From assembly GCF_000143415.4 (NCBI RefSeq), contig NW_003314320.1:881231-945230 (forward strand): a DNA stretch of 64,000 nucleotides, written 5' to 3'. A program made the position numbers and the translations under genes. Source of the DNA: Selaginella moellendorffii. Its lineage: Eukaryota > Plantae > Lycopodiophyta. Each line of letters opens with the position of its first letter. Position 1 is the stretch's first letter. Below, piece after piece: positions 12,329 to 25,846 of the stretch. The notes below the pieces were generated by a model. That model searched no databases, had not been told where the DNA came from, and saw only the letters and a program-made list of their open reading frames with translations.

Positions 12329-12819
12329 TGTCAGGAATCCCCCAATTCTTGCCACATTCCTAACTCTCACCGGATTCCTGACCTGCAGACCACATTCCTA
12401 ACTCTTGAGACACTTCCCTATTCCTGACTCTCGAGACACTTCCCTATTCCTGACTCTCGAGACACTTCCCTATTCGTGACTCTCGAGACACTTCTCTATT
12501 CCTGACTCTCGAGACACTTCCCTATTCGTGACTCTCGAGACACTTCTCTATTCCTGACTCTCGAGACACTTCCCTATTCCTGACTCTCGAGCCACATTTC
12601 TGATGATGATGTGGCACCTCCTCGACCTCAGCTATATTTAGGCTATCCTCGATCCAAGAGTGGTGGAGCTTCATCAACCTATAGTATATATAGGTTAGCC
12701 TTGTTCCATTTCTCCACAATCTGAATCAACGCCAGTCTAAGGCTTCTTCTTTGTTTCCACTAGCTTTTCTCTTTGTCTTTTTGCATTTTCCAGTCTTGAT
12801 CTTGTCAGGGGTCTTGACA
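12329..12819 (+). repeat. Family A 5' LTR with a 26-bp tandem array (TTCCTGACTCTCGAGACACTTCCCTA, about 7 units)
   Basis: Starts TGTCAGG and ends CTTGACA. Array at ~12395-12590; TATA-like run at 12685-12692. Confidence 0.92.
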
Positions 12820-12821
12820 GT

Positions 12822-12836
12822 TTGATTCAGATTGTG
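12822..12836 (+). promoter_or_regulatory. Self-priming PBS of family A
   Basis: TTGATTCAGATTGTG, 2 nt after the LTR, is the exact reverse complement of LTR 12715-12729. No tRNA-type TGG PBS is present. Confidence 0.85.
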
Positions 12837-13239
12837 TTTTTTCATTTTCTGATTTTCGTTTTGATTGTTTGATTACCTTTGCCTTTTTTTCCCCCTTTTT
12901 TCTTTCTTTTTGCCAATGGAGTCTCCAAGCCATCCTGATTTCTTTGCTGAAGTCCTTGCAAAAATCCAGTCTGAGAATACCGAGCTGAAGGCGACCCTTC
13001 TTCGCATGCAGTAGGAGCTTGCTTCACTTTCGGCTCAAGGATCCAGCAAAGTTCCTGAACCGAAGGTGAGCTTCCCGGCGAAATTTTTAGGCAAGCGTTC
13101 GGAGCTTCGCGGATTCCTGAACCAGATGGAGTTGATCTTCGCACTTCAACATCGGCGGTACCCTACTCCCGAGTCTCAAATCGGCGCGATTGGGACGTTG
13201 CTCGAAGGTGCAGCTTTGTCATGGTTTTCTCCTCTTCTG

Positions 13240-16200
13240 TGTAAGCCACAAATTTTTCCTTTCCAATTTGCCAGCTTACCTCGTCTATCCGTCCAACACT
13301 GCCTTGGCTTTTGCTAAGTTCCCTTGCCAAGGTTCTCGCCTATGGTACCAGCTCCTACTTGGTTTCAGCTACTCACTGCACGAGCAACGGAGAGTTAGCC
13401 ATCCTTCCACGGATTCCCAAATCACTCCCAATCCCCCTCCCCGGGTTAGACTGGACTTAAGGTTCGGCTACACTCCCCGCAAGCACAAGCAGCCAAGCAC
13501 ACCAAGCTTCCAGATTCCTAACATCCCTTGGTACCACAAGACTTGATCATGGGACCCTCTAAATCCCAAGTCTTGAGTGCAACACTTGCTTCGGGACGCC
13601 GGGGCGAAACACCGTGGCCTAACGGCCCAGTATGGGTACCCCTCGCCCCCCACATCCATCCCGAAGGAAGGCCCAAGCCCCTAGGAAGGGCGAGGACCAA
13701 TGAGCCGCATGGTACTCAAGTGGGGCACCACTCCACATGAGCCGGGAGCACCGCAATCGGTTTCCCTTTCGGGAGTGGGAGCTGCTCTTGAGCACTTCCT
13801 TGGATGGCCCCTCCGGCACCAGCCAAGTCCATGCTCACTCCCACCCAAGGCCCCTTAGTCCCAGTCCCAACCTCAAGTCGGTTTGGAAGCCCAACTGGAG
13901 AGTCCCTTCAAAACTGGTTCCTGGACCTCACTATCCCTACTATACTTTTGGAACCCCCTGCAGCCCCCCCCCCCTGGGGGACGCACGCTTTGGGCTTTCA
14001 CCCCTTGACCCGTATTAGTATTTGGACTTAGTCTCTGGCTCGATCTCGGATCCGATTTCGGATCCGACTTCGGATTCGGTCTCGGACTCGATCGCGGACT
14101 CGATCTCGGACCCGATCTCAGGCCCGACCTCGGACTCGACTTCGGACTCGGTCTCGGACCCAATTTCGGATCTCGGACTCCGTCTCGAACTCGGTCTCGA
14201 ACTCGGACTCGAACTCGGTCCCCGAGTCGGTCTTGGACTCGATTCCGGACTCTATCTCGAACTCGGTCCTAGAGTCGGTCTTGGACTCGATCTTTGACTT
14301 GGTCCCATCCGATGAACTCTTTGTCATTTTGGTCATGCTTTCGGGGTTCCCTTAGCCTACGACAACTCGGCGAGTTGGTTCCTTACAACTCCACCACCCA
14401 TAGAAGAAGTTCGATGCCCACATCGAACGTCTCTTTTTTATCCTACGACTTGTTGACCATGTCTCCGGGGGCATCCCCCCACTTAGCGGTGTGCCTAAGT
14501 TAGCCTCCCCGGCCAAGAGCTCATGACAACGGAATATAGGTGTCCCTATACTCCACCCCTCACCACGCCCTAGTATGGGGTCGGGACTTGAACCCAGCCT
14601 TGCTTTACTAGGGGGTTGGGACTCAAACCCAACCTCCGTAGAATACGTCTACGGATTCGACATCCCCGCAGGGAGTCGGGCGTAGCTCCCTACGCCTGGT
14701 CGACCTAGCTAACCCATGCTAATTAGCTCACCTTTGGCGCGCCTTCGGGTCCCAACATATGCCACTTGCTCAACTTTGCAAATTGATATTTTTAATTGAA
14801 CTTTGCATAAGTACATAGAGTTCTGCCTTGCAGAAATTCCTCCACTAGATCTCGCGCGTTCGCTAGGTTCTCCTCCGGTTCCCATGTTGCTTCGCAGTGT
14901 GGAAATCCTTTCCACTTCACATGGAACTCTCTCACCTCGCGTCCTTGTCGCTTGCTCTTGCGCGCATTGAGGATGGCCTCGACTTCGTATTCCTCTTCCC
15001 CTTGGATAACCTCAGGTAAAGGTCTTACTTGGTCTTTGCGAAGCGGATCCTCAAAGTACGGCTTGAGTAAGTTCACATGGAACACTGGGTGCATCTTCCC
15101 CATCTCTCGAGGAAGTCGGAGTCGGTAAGCCACTTTACCGATTCGTGCCTCAATCTCGTAAGGCCCCGCGAACCTGCTTAAGGAACTCAAGATCAATTCA
15201 TTTTACAGGAATACATGCATTTTTACCTTTGGGTCAACTTTCGGCTGATCCCACTTGGTAGCCTAAGGTTCTTGGTGTTCAGCCACACCTTCTCCCCAGC
15301 TTGGAACTCTACGTCCCGGCGCTTTAGGTTCGCGTACTTGGTTTGCCTTTGTTGAGCCCGTTCCAAGGAATCCCTCACTAGATTCCAAATGTTGAGTCTT
15401 TCCGCCGTGAATGCCTCCACTGTGGGTAACTCTCCATGATACTCGGCCACGCCGAGTTCCACAGGACCTTCAATAGCTCGCCCATTGATGACTTCCCATG
15501 GACTCACCCCGATACTCGAATGTGGTGAGTTGTTATAACACATTTCCGCAAGTCCCAAATGACTTACCCAATCGGTCTGGTCTCCCGAGACATAGCATCG
15601 CAAATAATCCTCCAGCTGCCTATTCACCCTTTCCGTTTGTCCGTCTGTCAAGAAGTGTTAGGACCACCAAACTTGACTTAATACCCCATACCTGTCTGTG
15701 GGTGATAGGCTGTGCTGAATTTCAACTTGGTGCGATACTGTTCCAGGAGGGTCCTCCAGAACCTACTAGTGAAGATCTTATCTCGATCTGAGATAATCTC
15801 CTCTGGCCTTCCCCGCACTCGAACCACTTGTTCGAAGAACAATTTCGCCACACCTTCCGCATCCACCTCTGTTGTGGTGGGTATGAAAGGTGCCATCTTC
15901 GAAAATCGGTCCACCACCACGAATATCGCATCGAACCCCTCGCTTGGGGGTAGTCCCGTGATGAAGTCCATCGTGAGACATTTCCACGGACGATCTGGAA
16001 TTGGGATGCTTTGCAACAAGCCCCCACTAGCCTTAGTCACGGCTTTGACCTGCTGACATGTTGGACATGTCTTTACATAGTCTTGGACGTCCTTAGCCAT
16101 ATCTGGCCAATGGTACTTCCTCTTGAGTAAGCCCATCGTCTTGGGCACTCCGCCGTGTCCCGCAAGAGGTCCGTCATGACACTCTTCTAAGGCTACCTTC

Positions 16201-19200
16201 CTTAGTCCACCTTCTGGAACATACACCCTCGTTTGCTTGTAATAAATGAGTCCATTGCGTTCCGCATAGCCCGTTTTCTCTTCCGTTGGCGGCTCACCTC
16301 TCTGGTGAGCTTCCCGTGCCTCCAGATTCCTCAACAACACTTCTTGTGCTAGACCATCGTTCTCATATGCTGTCCGCACCTCGTCCCAGAAGGTTGCTGT
16401 TGCGCTGGAGATCGCCAACCTCAAGCTCGCTTTTCGACTTAGCGCATCTGCCACGATGTTGCTCTTCCCAGGCTTGTACAGAATCTCGCAATCAAACTCG
16501 GCCAAGGCATTGGCCCACCGACCTTGTTTCCCTCTCAGGTCGGGTTGTGACAAGAAGTGTTTCGTTGCCACATTGTCCGTGTAAACCTTGAAGTGTCTCC
16601 CAAGGTAGTGTCGCCACTCCTTGAGCGCCTTGACCACCGCAAACAATTCCTTCTCGTGGGCAGGCCACTTCCGTTGAGCCTTGTCCAGCTTCTTCGAGAA
16701 GAACGCTACTGGATGGTTGTCTTGCTTCAAAACTGCGCCTAACGCAAAGTCCGAAGCATCCGTGTCTACCTCAAAGTCCTTACCAAAGTCCGGTAATGCC
16801 AACACCGGAGCCTTCCTCAACTTCCCTTTGAGGTGGACGAATGCCGCCTCGCATTCCGCTGTCCATACCATCTTCCCTTTTCCCGTTTGATCCGTTAAGG
16901 GCAGGGCTACTCTCGAATAGTGTCTGATAAACTTTCGATAGTAGTTGCATAGCCCCAAGAACGCCCTCAACTCATGTACATTCGATGGTCGCTCCCATTC
17001 CTGGATCGCTTGGACCTTCTCCGGGTCCACCTTGAGCCCATCCTGGCCCACCACATGCCCGAGAAACTTTACCTCTTGCTGAGCAAAGTCACATTTGCTC
17101 TCTTTAGCATACAGTTTATGTTCCCTTAGTTTCTCAAACACCTTCGCCAAGTGTTCGGCATGCTCCTCTAGCGTCTCGCTATAGATCAGGATGTCGTCAA
17201 TATAGACGACCACAAAGTGATCCAGATAGGGTACAAAGATGTGGTTCATCAACGCCGAAAACGTTGCCGGCGCATTGCACAGCCCAAAGGGCATCACCAA
17301 AAACTCAAAGCTCCCATACCTCGTTCGACAGGTTGTCTTCTCGACATCTTCCTCGGCTACCCTAATCTGGTAGTATCCTGACCTTAGGTCAATCCTCGAG
17401 AAGTATTTTGCCTTTCCCAACCTATCGAACAGGTCCTCAATCCTTGGCAACGGGTACTTGTTCTTCTTGGTATACTTGTTGAGCAACCGGTAATCTATGC
17501 ACATGCGCATAGATCCATCTTTCTTTTTCACAAATAATACCGGCGCCCCATACGGCGACTTGCTCAACCTAACATACCCTTTGCCCACCAACTCCTCTAG
17601 TTGGCACTTGAGCTCCTTGAGTTCTTTTTCGTTCAAACGATAGGGGGGACGAACCACCGCCTCAGCGCCCTCGACAAGCTCAATCTTATGTTCTATCGGT
17701 CGTGCGGGGGGCAACCCCGCCGGTAGCTCCTCCGGCATGGTATCCTGGAATTGGTCCAACACTCGCTGGATCACTAAAGGCACTTCTTCCGTTCTTGTCT
17801 TTTTGTCACTCTTCACCGAGAGTAAGCACAAAAAGGCTGCCTTAGTTCCTTTAGTGAGTTGTCCTCTCGTGGACACCAGGTTCAAGCATGACTCTTTGGC
17901 CTTGCTTTGCCCTACCTTTAGATCCTGGGCCTCCACCCTAGATCTTCTTCCTTGGGCATTCGCCAATACCACAAGGTTCCTACCTTGTCCATGCAGGGCT
18001 ACCACGAACCGATTAAACCAATCCATTCCGAAGATCACGTCAAATCCCGCCATATCCAAGACGGTGAAATCCATGTCCACTTTCCATGTCCCCACTTCGA
18101 CTCTCGCTTGTCGAAGTACCTCATCGGTGCTTTGGCTACCCTGAACAAACTCTATAGTCCTTGGTTCGCCTAGCCGCTGCACCGTTAGTCCGGCTTGCCG
18201 GACTATGTCTGCAGCCACAAAATTATCCGAAGCACCCGTGTCAATAAGGATCTTAACAAAGCTACCTCCGAGCTTCCCTCGGAGGGCTAGTAGATGTCGC
18301 GAACGACTCTCTACCAAAGTTGCTCGTGTAATGAGTAACTTTGAGTTAGGGACTGGATCACATACCTCAGTTTGGACTTCACCCCACTTGATGGCCATAT
18401 TGGCTCTGGCCTTCTTCGGGTAGGGACATTCCCTCGAGAAGTGTCCCGCTTCGCCGCAGTTGTAGCATACGTTGTTTCCCACGCTGCTATACGACTTGAC
18501 CTTCTTATCCGTGGGTTTGTCCTTTTTCGCTTGACTCCCCCACGTACTCGCTCGCTGGCCACCGGATTTGCCTTTCCGGAACCCCGAGGACTCATTCTTA
18601 GAGAAACTCCTTTTGAATTTCCCCTTGCTATACGTTCCCCTTGGTTTGGCCCCTTTGCTAAATGTGGATCCCGACCCCGTCGTGTTCCCCTTTCGCAGGT
18701 TATCGTTGAAATGCACCTTGATGGCCGCATCCAACGCTTCCTTGTAGTTGGTCGGGTTCCACCTCATCACCTCGCCGCGAGCCCAGGTTTGCAAACCTGA
18801 TATGAAGGCATGGAACGCATCCATATCCCCCATGTCCGTGACAAGTATCCTCTTTGCCATGAACCCATTCACATATTCCTGGATGGTTCCTGTCTGTTTC
18901 AGCCTACTCAGTTCATCCCTCAGATGCAGAGTGGCATTCGGAGGAACATATGTTGCGCGGATCCTCGCCTTCATCATGTCCCAAGTGACCACCGGTCCTT
19001 CGTTGGCCTCCGTTGTTCTCCACCAAGACTTGGCATTATCTGCCAAGTATGGTTTTGCACATGGGACCTTCTCCGAGCTTGGTAACCGCAACGCTCGGAA
19101 GTAGTCCTCCATATCGTAAAACCAATCCTCCACCACCTTATAGTCATTCACTCCCTTGAAGACCGGTGGGGGCTTTGGTTTGTACTTGGGAACTGCCTGA

Positions 19201-20772
19201 GGGACTGATTCCACTTCGGTCTGTTCGACCTTGTCTGGTTTTGCCTCAGTCCCGGCCGAAAGATCCGCACCTTCTGCGCTGCCAGCATCCGCAGTCTTTT
19301 TCTTTTTCTTCCGCCTCTCGTCACGCTTTAGCTTGTGTACGAGAGTTTCCAGCAGGGCATTGGTCTGTGCCAACTGTCCTTCTAGCACGTCCAATCGAGC
19401 CTTGGACGACCGAACCTCGCCACCGGACTCCTGTTTGGAAGTTTCCTCACTGGAGTCCTCCTCATGCAAGGATTCCTCATCCATAGCCTCTTGTTCGACC
19501 CGAGGCTCCAGCTCCGGCGGAGGTTCCGTCTCCGCCTGGGTTCGCTTACGCCCTGCCCTTGCCATCTCCCAGCAATCCGCCTCTATCCTTCGCTAGAACT
19601 GAGATAAAGGCTCCGATACCAAATTGTAAGCCACAAATTTTTCCTTTCCAATTTGCCAGCTTACCTCGTCTATCCGTCCAACACTGCCTTGGCTTTTGCT
19701 AAGTTCCCTTGCCAAGGTTCTCGCCTATGGTACCAGCTCCTACTTGGTTTCAGCTACTCACTGCACGAGCAACGGAGAGTTAGCCATCCTTCCACGGATT
19801 CCCAAATCACTCCCAATCCCCCTCCCCGGGTTAGACTGGACTTAAGGTTCGGCTACACTCCCCGCAAGCACAAGCAGCCAAGCACACCAAGCTTCCAGAT
19901 TCCTAACATCCCTTGGTACCACAAGACTTGATCATGGGACCCTCTAAATCCCAAGTCTTGAGTGCAACACTTGCTTCGGGACGCCGGGGCGAAACACCGT
20001 GGCCTAACGGCCCGGTATGGGTACCCCTCGCCCCCCACATCCATCCCGAAGGAAGGCCCAAGCCCCTAGGAAGGGTGAGGACCAATGAGCCGCATGGTAC
20101 TCAAGTGGGGCACCACTCCACATGAGCCGGGAGCACCGCAATCGGTTTCCCTTTCGGGAGTGGGAGCTGCTCTTGAGCACTTCCTTGGATGGCCCCTCCG
20201 GCACCAGCCAAGTCCATGCTCACTCCCACCCAAGGCCCCTTAGTCCCAGTCCCAACCTCAAGTCGGTTTGGAAGCCCAACTGGAGAGTCCCTTCAAAACT
20301 GGTTCCTGGACCTCACTATCCCTACTATACTTTTGGAACCCCCTGCAGCCCCCCCCCCCTGGGGGACGCACGCTTTGGGCTTTCACCCCTTGACCCGTAT
20401 TAGTATTTGGACTTAGTCTCTGGCTCGATCTCGGATCCGATTTCGGATCCGACTTCGGATTCGGTCTCGGACTCGATCGCGGACTCGATCTCGGACCCGA
20501 TCTCAGGCCCGACCTCGGACTCGACTTCGGACTCGGTCTCGGACCCAATTTCGGATCTCGGACTCCGTCTCGAACTCGGTCTCGAACTCGGACTCGAACT
20601 CGGTCCCCGAGTCGGTCTTGGACTCGATTCCGGACTCTATCTCGAACTCGGTCCTAGAGTCGGTCTTGGACTCGATCTTTGACTTGGTCCCATCCGATGA
20701 ACTCTTTGTCATTTTGGTCATGCTTTCGGGGTTCCCTTAGCCTACGACAACTCGGCGAGTTGGTTCCTTACA
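13240..20772 (-). mobile_element. Ty3/Gypsy chromovirus family B, full-length and young, inserted in the family A gag
   Basis: 1148-bp LTRs at 13240-14387 and 19625-20772 (only 2 differences seen by eye). TSD TTCTG at 13235-13239 and 20773-20777. Met-type PBS TGGTATCGGAGCC on the minus strand at ~19609-19621. PPT at 14388-14399. Confidence 0.97.
14792..19565 (-). CDS. Family B Gag-Pol polyprotein (Gag-CCHC, PR, RT, RNase H, integrase, chromodomain); 1557 aa after removal of two introns
   Basis: Motifs [37 protein letters not shown] and YEVEAIL...VKWKGF...TWEP. Joining 19565-15692, 15644-15227 and 15173-14792 gives 4674 nt in one frame. Confidence 0.9.
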
Positions 20773-20777
20773 TTCTG

Positions 20778-23700
20778 GAGAAGAGCATGAAAGGGGTCGT
20801 GGTTCCAAAGCTGATGGATCTTCAATTGTTCAAAGAGAAGCTCAAAGCATGTTTTGGCGAGACGGATCGGGTTCGGGCTGCTACCACAAAGATGAGACGT
20901 CTCTCTCAGGGGTCTCGTCCTGCCTCGATCTATGCTGCAGAGTTCTAACTCCTTGCTTTGGACACTCAGTGGGATGAGCAGGCCCTGATTGACCAATTTC
21001 GTTTCGGCCTCAACAACGGTGTCAAGGATTTGTTGCTCACCATGGAGGATCCCAAGGACCTGTTGGATGCCATCAACAAAGCTGTTCGATGTGACAATCG
21101 TCTCTTTGAACATCGTCAGGAAAGTCGCCGTGCCGTTGTTTTTCCATCCCAGACTCAGGAATCCCAGCTTGAGTCTTCAGGGCATACTCCTGAACCTACT
21201 GCTCCGGTTCCGATGGATATTTTTTGTACTCCCCGACTCATTAGAGGGAAGTTGAGTCCTGCTGAGAAGCAACGTCGAATATCTCATAATCTTTGCCTCT
21301 ATTGTGCTGATCCTAATCACAAAGCAGCTGTATGTCCCAAGAAGCCTCCTCGACTGCTCGAGTTCACTCTGCCTCAAAGTCCACCTCTATTGCAGTCGGG
21401 AAACGACCCTGTCCAAACAGAGTAGGAGCTGTCTGTTTGGACTCCCCGAATAAAAATCACTTTTCTTCTTTATCAAGCTCCTCACCACCTTTCATCAAAG
21501 CCACCACTAATTCCCGCAACTTCCGCGTCCCATGTCTCCTTTCTTTCACCGGACAATCAGGACTCAAGGCTCTGGCGTTACTGGACTCGGGTGCAACTTC
21601 CTGCTTCATGGACACGGACTTTGCTGCCCGACATCATGTTCCTCTTTCTCCTACCATACGGGATTTGAGGGTTGAAGGCATCGGCGGGCATTTTGTGTCT
21701 CCATCTTCTGGACTTAGGGAAATGTTGCCCGTTCGAGTACACATCGGGTCCACTGTCACCGATATCGCCTTCAACATCATCAACAGCAAGTCCTCCTCTG
21801 TGGTGCTCGGTCTTCCTTGGTTCCAACTACATCAGTCTCAGATCTGTTGGAAGGAATTACAGCTCATCTCTCCCACGGCTTTCCCTGCTGTTCATCGAGT
21901 CTGAATTAGGAAAAGTTCCCTAAACTCAAATCAGGGTTCTGTTCCTGACTCTATAAAGTTTTCACCCTCTTCTTTTTCCTCTCTTCCATCTTACACTGGA
22001 TTGTATCCTTGTCTCATCATTCCATTTAGTCGTACGCCTCCTCCTATCTCTACAATCACTATGAAATAACTCCTTCATGAAGAACCTCTTTTTCTTTTTG
22101 CTTTGCATGTTTCTCCTGTCAGTCTTCCTGAGAAGTATCATGATTTTGGGGATGTGTTTGACAAGAAAAAAGCTAGTGTACTGCCTGTTCATCGGCCTTA
22201 TGATTGTCCCATTGATTTACAGGAAGGAGCGTCACCTCCATGGGGGCCTATCTATGGGTTATCCTCGTCCGAGCTTAAGGCCCTCAAAGAGTACGTGGAT
22301 GAGAACCTTGCCTCAGGCTACATTCAGCATTCGCAGTCCCCGGCTGGAGCACCTGTCTTCTTTGTCAAGAAGAAGGATGGGAGCTTGCGGCTAGTCATCG
22401 ACTACCGAGGTTTGAACAAGGTGACTGTTCGGAACCGTTATCCGCTGCCCCTGATCTCGGACCTGTTAGAACGCCTCGGCAGTGCCCGCTTCTTCACCAA
22501 GATCGACCTCCGTGGAGCATACAACCTGATCCGGATCCGGCCTAGTGATGAATGGAAGATTGCGTTCCGAACCCGCTATGGCCACTTCGAGTACACTGTC
22601 ATGCCATTTGGCTTGACAAATGCTCCAGCAGTTTTCCAACACATGGCGAACGACGTCTTTCGGGAGTTTCTTGATTAGATGGTGATCGTCTACCTCGATG
22701 ACATCCTCATCTACTCAAAAACTCAGGAGGAGCATGACGAACATGTACGCAAGGTGCTAGCGAAGCTGCGAGAACACGGCCTATATGCGAAGCTTGAGAA
22801 ATGTTCTTTTGATCAGCAGTCTGTGGAGTTCCTTGGGTACTTTGTCACTCCTGAGGGTATCACGATGGATCCTGCCAAAGTCAAGACTATTCTCAAATGG
22901 GAGCCTCCACAATCAATGTCGGACGTTCAGGTTTTCCTTGGCTTTGCCAACTTCTACCGCAAATTCATTGATCACTACTCTGACATTGTCCTTCCTCTCA
23001 CACATCTCACTCGCAAGGATGTTCCCTTCTCTTGGTTTGCTGCTGCCCAGTAGGCCTTCGACACACTCAAGGCGGCTTTCAGTTCTGCTCCTGTCTTGAT
23101 CCATGCTGATTCCTCACAACCTTTCTTCATTGAGGCTGACACCTCCGACTTTGCCATTGGTGCTGTGCTGTCTCAACTCGGAGTGGATCACGAACTTCAT
23201 CCGATCGCTTTCCATTCTCGGAAATTCCAGCCTGCGGAGATCAATTACGAAATCCACGACAAGGAGCTCCTTGCCATCGTGGATTCCTTTGGAGAGTGGC
23301 GTCGTTTCTTGGAGGGGGCGAGCCATCAAACAACAGTCTGGACGGATCACAAAAATCTCGAGTACTTTGCCACTTCCCGAGTTTTAAGCCGTCGTCAAGC
23401 AAGGTGGGCACAATTCCTAAGTCGGTTTGACTTTGTTATCAAGTACAGACCTGGAAAGTTTCAAGGCCTTCCTGATGCTCTTTCAAGGCGCTCCTATCTC
23501 AGTCTCAGGCCTGGTAATCCTGCCTTTGATCAACAGGATCAAGTTATCCTCGGTCCTGATCGGCTTCAAGTTATGGCAATTTCCCTGGCCCCTCAGGACT
23601 CCTCCTTGATGGATGCAATCAGAAACGATCTTCAATCTAATGATCTCGCTAGCGACATCTTCCCCCATCTTCAGGCTGGATACCCAGTGACTCCCGACTG

Positions 23701-25156
23701 CCGGCGATTTGACGAGTTCAAGTTCTTATATAGCTTATTGTACTGTGGGGAGCAGCTTTACGTTCCTGAAGGTGATGCTCGAAGGTTGGTCCTGATGGCG
23801 TGCCACGATAGCCCGACTACTGGTCACTTCGACATTGCGAAAACCTATGAGCTAGTTGCATGGGACTTTTGGTGGCCTCACATGGACGACTACATCAAAG
23901 CTTTTGTTACCTCCTGTGACACTTGTGCCCGGAATAAGGTACCTCGCCACCTTCCTTCAGGTTTGCTTCGTTCCCTTCCGGTCCCTTCAGGTCCTTGGGA
24001 ATCCATCTCCATGGATTTCTTGAGTGATCTTCCGAGTTCTGGAGGCTTCAACAGCATTTTAGTCGTGGTGGATCGCTTCACAAAGATGGCGCACTTCTTG
24101 CCATGTACCAAGGAGTTTTCAGGCAAGGACATGGCAAAACTGGTATTCAGGGAAATTTTCCGACTTCATGGGATTCCTACAGATGTGGTTTCGGATCGGG
24201 GGCCTCAGTTCATCTCTCATTTCTAGCAACGGTTTTTGCAGCTGCTTGGAGTGAAGGCCAACCTCTCTTCGGCATATCATCCTCAAACTGATGGGCAGTC
24301 CGAGCGAACGATTCAGACGTTGGAACAATTCCTGAAGTGCTTCATCAACTATCATCAGGATAACTGGTTCAATATCCTTCCCCTTGCTGAGTTCTCCTAT
24401 AACAACTTTGTTCACTCCTCTCTTCGAGTTTTCCCCTTCTTTGTGAACTCTGGCCGAAATCCCCGATTCAATCTCTCACTTCCTTCTCCATCTGAATCCT
24501 CTCGTTCAAATCCCCGCTCTGAGGCATTTATCTCCAACCTCCAGGAAATCCACAACTCCATCTCCTTCCACCTCCATCGTGCTCAGGAATCTCATAAAAC
24601 ATTTGCCAATGTCCATCGTCAGGATTGTCCCCCTTACAATATCGGGGATAAAGTCTGGCTCCTCAGGCAAAATATCTCCACCACCAGGCCCTGTCCAAAA
24701 CTCGATTTCAAACGCCTTGGTCCTTTCCCTATCACTGCCATCATTAATCCTGTGACTTATCGCCTTGCACTTCCCTCCTCATATCAAATTCACCCCGTTT
24801 TTCACTCCTCTCTCCTTGAGCCTTATATTCCCAGTCCTATTCCAAATCGGGTCATTCCTCCACCTCCACTAGTGCAGCTCGAGGATGGGTCTGAGTACGA
24901 GGTTCAGGACATCCTTGATTCCAAGATTTCACGGTCTAAACTCTACTATCTGGTGGACTGGAAGGGTTACGGACCTGAGGAACACACTTGGGAACCTGCG
25001 GACAACCTGATTCATTCTTCTGACCTTGTTCAGGACTTCCACTGCCGTTATCCTTCTCGTCCCAGTCCTCATTCTTTTTCTCCATCTCCCATCCCTCGCC
25101 GCTCATCTCATCTTCCTCTTCGTTCTCGTTCACATCCTCGTTCCACTCGTTATTGA
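20778..25156 (+). pseudogene. Family A gag (3' part) and pol (PR, RT, RH, IN, chromodomain) with several stop codons
   Basis: Motifs CLYCADPNHKAAVC, LLDSGA, YLDD, SDRGPQF and YEVQDIL...YLVDWKGY. Stops at 20946, 22676, 23051 and 24224. The gag 5' part lies at ~12916-13239. Confidence 0.92.
21398..21442 (+). promoter_or_regulatory. -1 ribosomal frameshift signal (G GGA AAC plus downstream stem) at the gag/pol overlap
   Basis: The heptamer is in the gag reading phase. A 6-nt spacer is followed by an 11-bp stem (21411-21421 with 21432-21442). The protease ORF is in the -1 frame. Confidence 0.8.
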
Positions 25157-25846
25157 GAAGGGGGTGCTGTCAGGAATCAAGCTCTATTTCGTTAAAGTGG
25201 GAATTGTCATTATCCCACTTGTAAAATAAGGTTTCCAAACCTTTATATAGTATATAAATATAACAAAATTCAACTGCATTGAGGCACATGCCATTTTATT
25301 TTAAATAAGGAAATGTTTACTCAATCACTTCTCCTCCCCCTGCCACTGCTTCACCTCTCTCTTCTCCTTGTCATCGTCGTCCAATTTCTTTCCATCCTTT
25401 TAATATTGGCTCAGTTGCTCTGAGTCTAGGTGGAGCCCAAGTCCCCATTCAATCTTTACTTTCCCCTTATTAATAAAACAACTTCGTAGACTTCCAATAA
25501 CATGCTATAACACTTCTAGTATAATGCAAATCCTCTCAAAGAATTGTCTTTTAATATTAATACAATGGCATGGAACCCCATGCCATAATAAGTTACATTT
25601 TTAAATAAATATATGCCATCTCAGACTGTTATTTTTTGCCTCCAACGCTTATACAATAATCTTGGAATTTCATCACTCTCCACACTATCAGGATTTAAAC
25701 CCAATAGTAATGCCATCTCTTCTCTAATACGTCCACGCTTATGTTCAGTGGTCGAAAAACCCATCCGGTTGAGCAGATTATGGAGATGCGGATAGTGCTT
25801 GGCTAGACAATATACATGCCATAAATGATGACTGGTGTCTATCCGA

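Noticed and set aside
12395-12590. 26-bp direct repeats considered as a CRISPR array
   Set aside because: Head-to-tail units with no unique spacers, inside an LTR, in a eukaryotic context with no cas genes.
14578-14640. GGGACTTGAACCC repeats resembling a tRNA T-arm/B-box on the minus strand
   Set aside because: No cloverleaf or A-box could be built, so it is not called a tRNA or SINE.
14750-14830. Possible third intron after the family B chromodomain
   Set aside because: The stretch is AT-rich, but I could not establish a convincing donor/acceptor pair or a conserved downstream frame.
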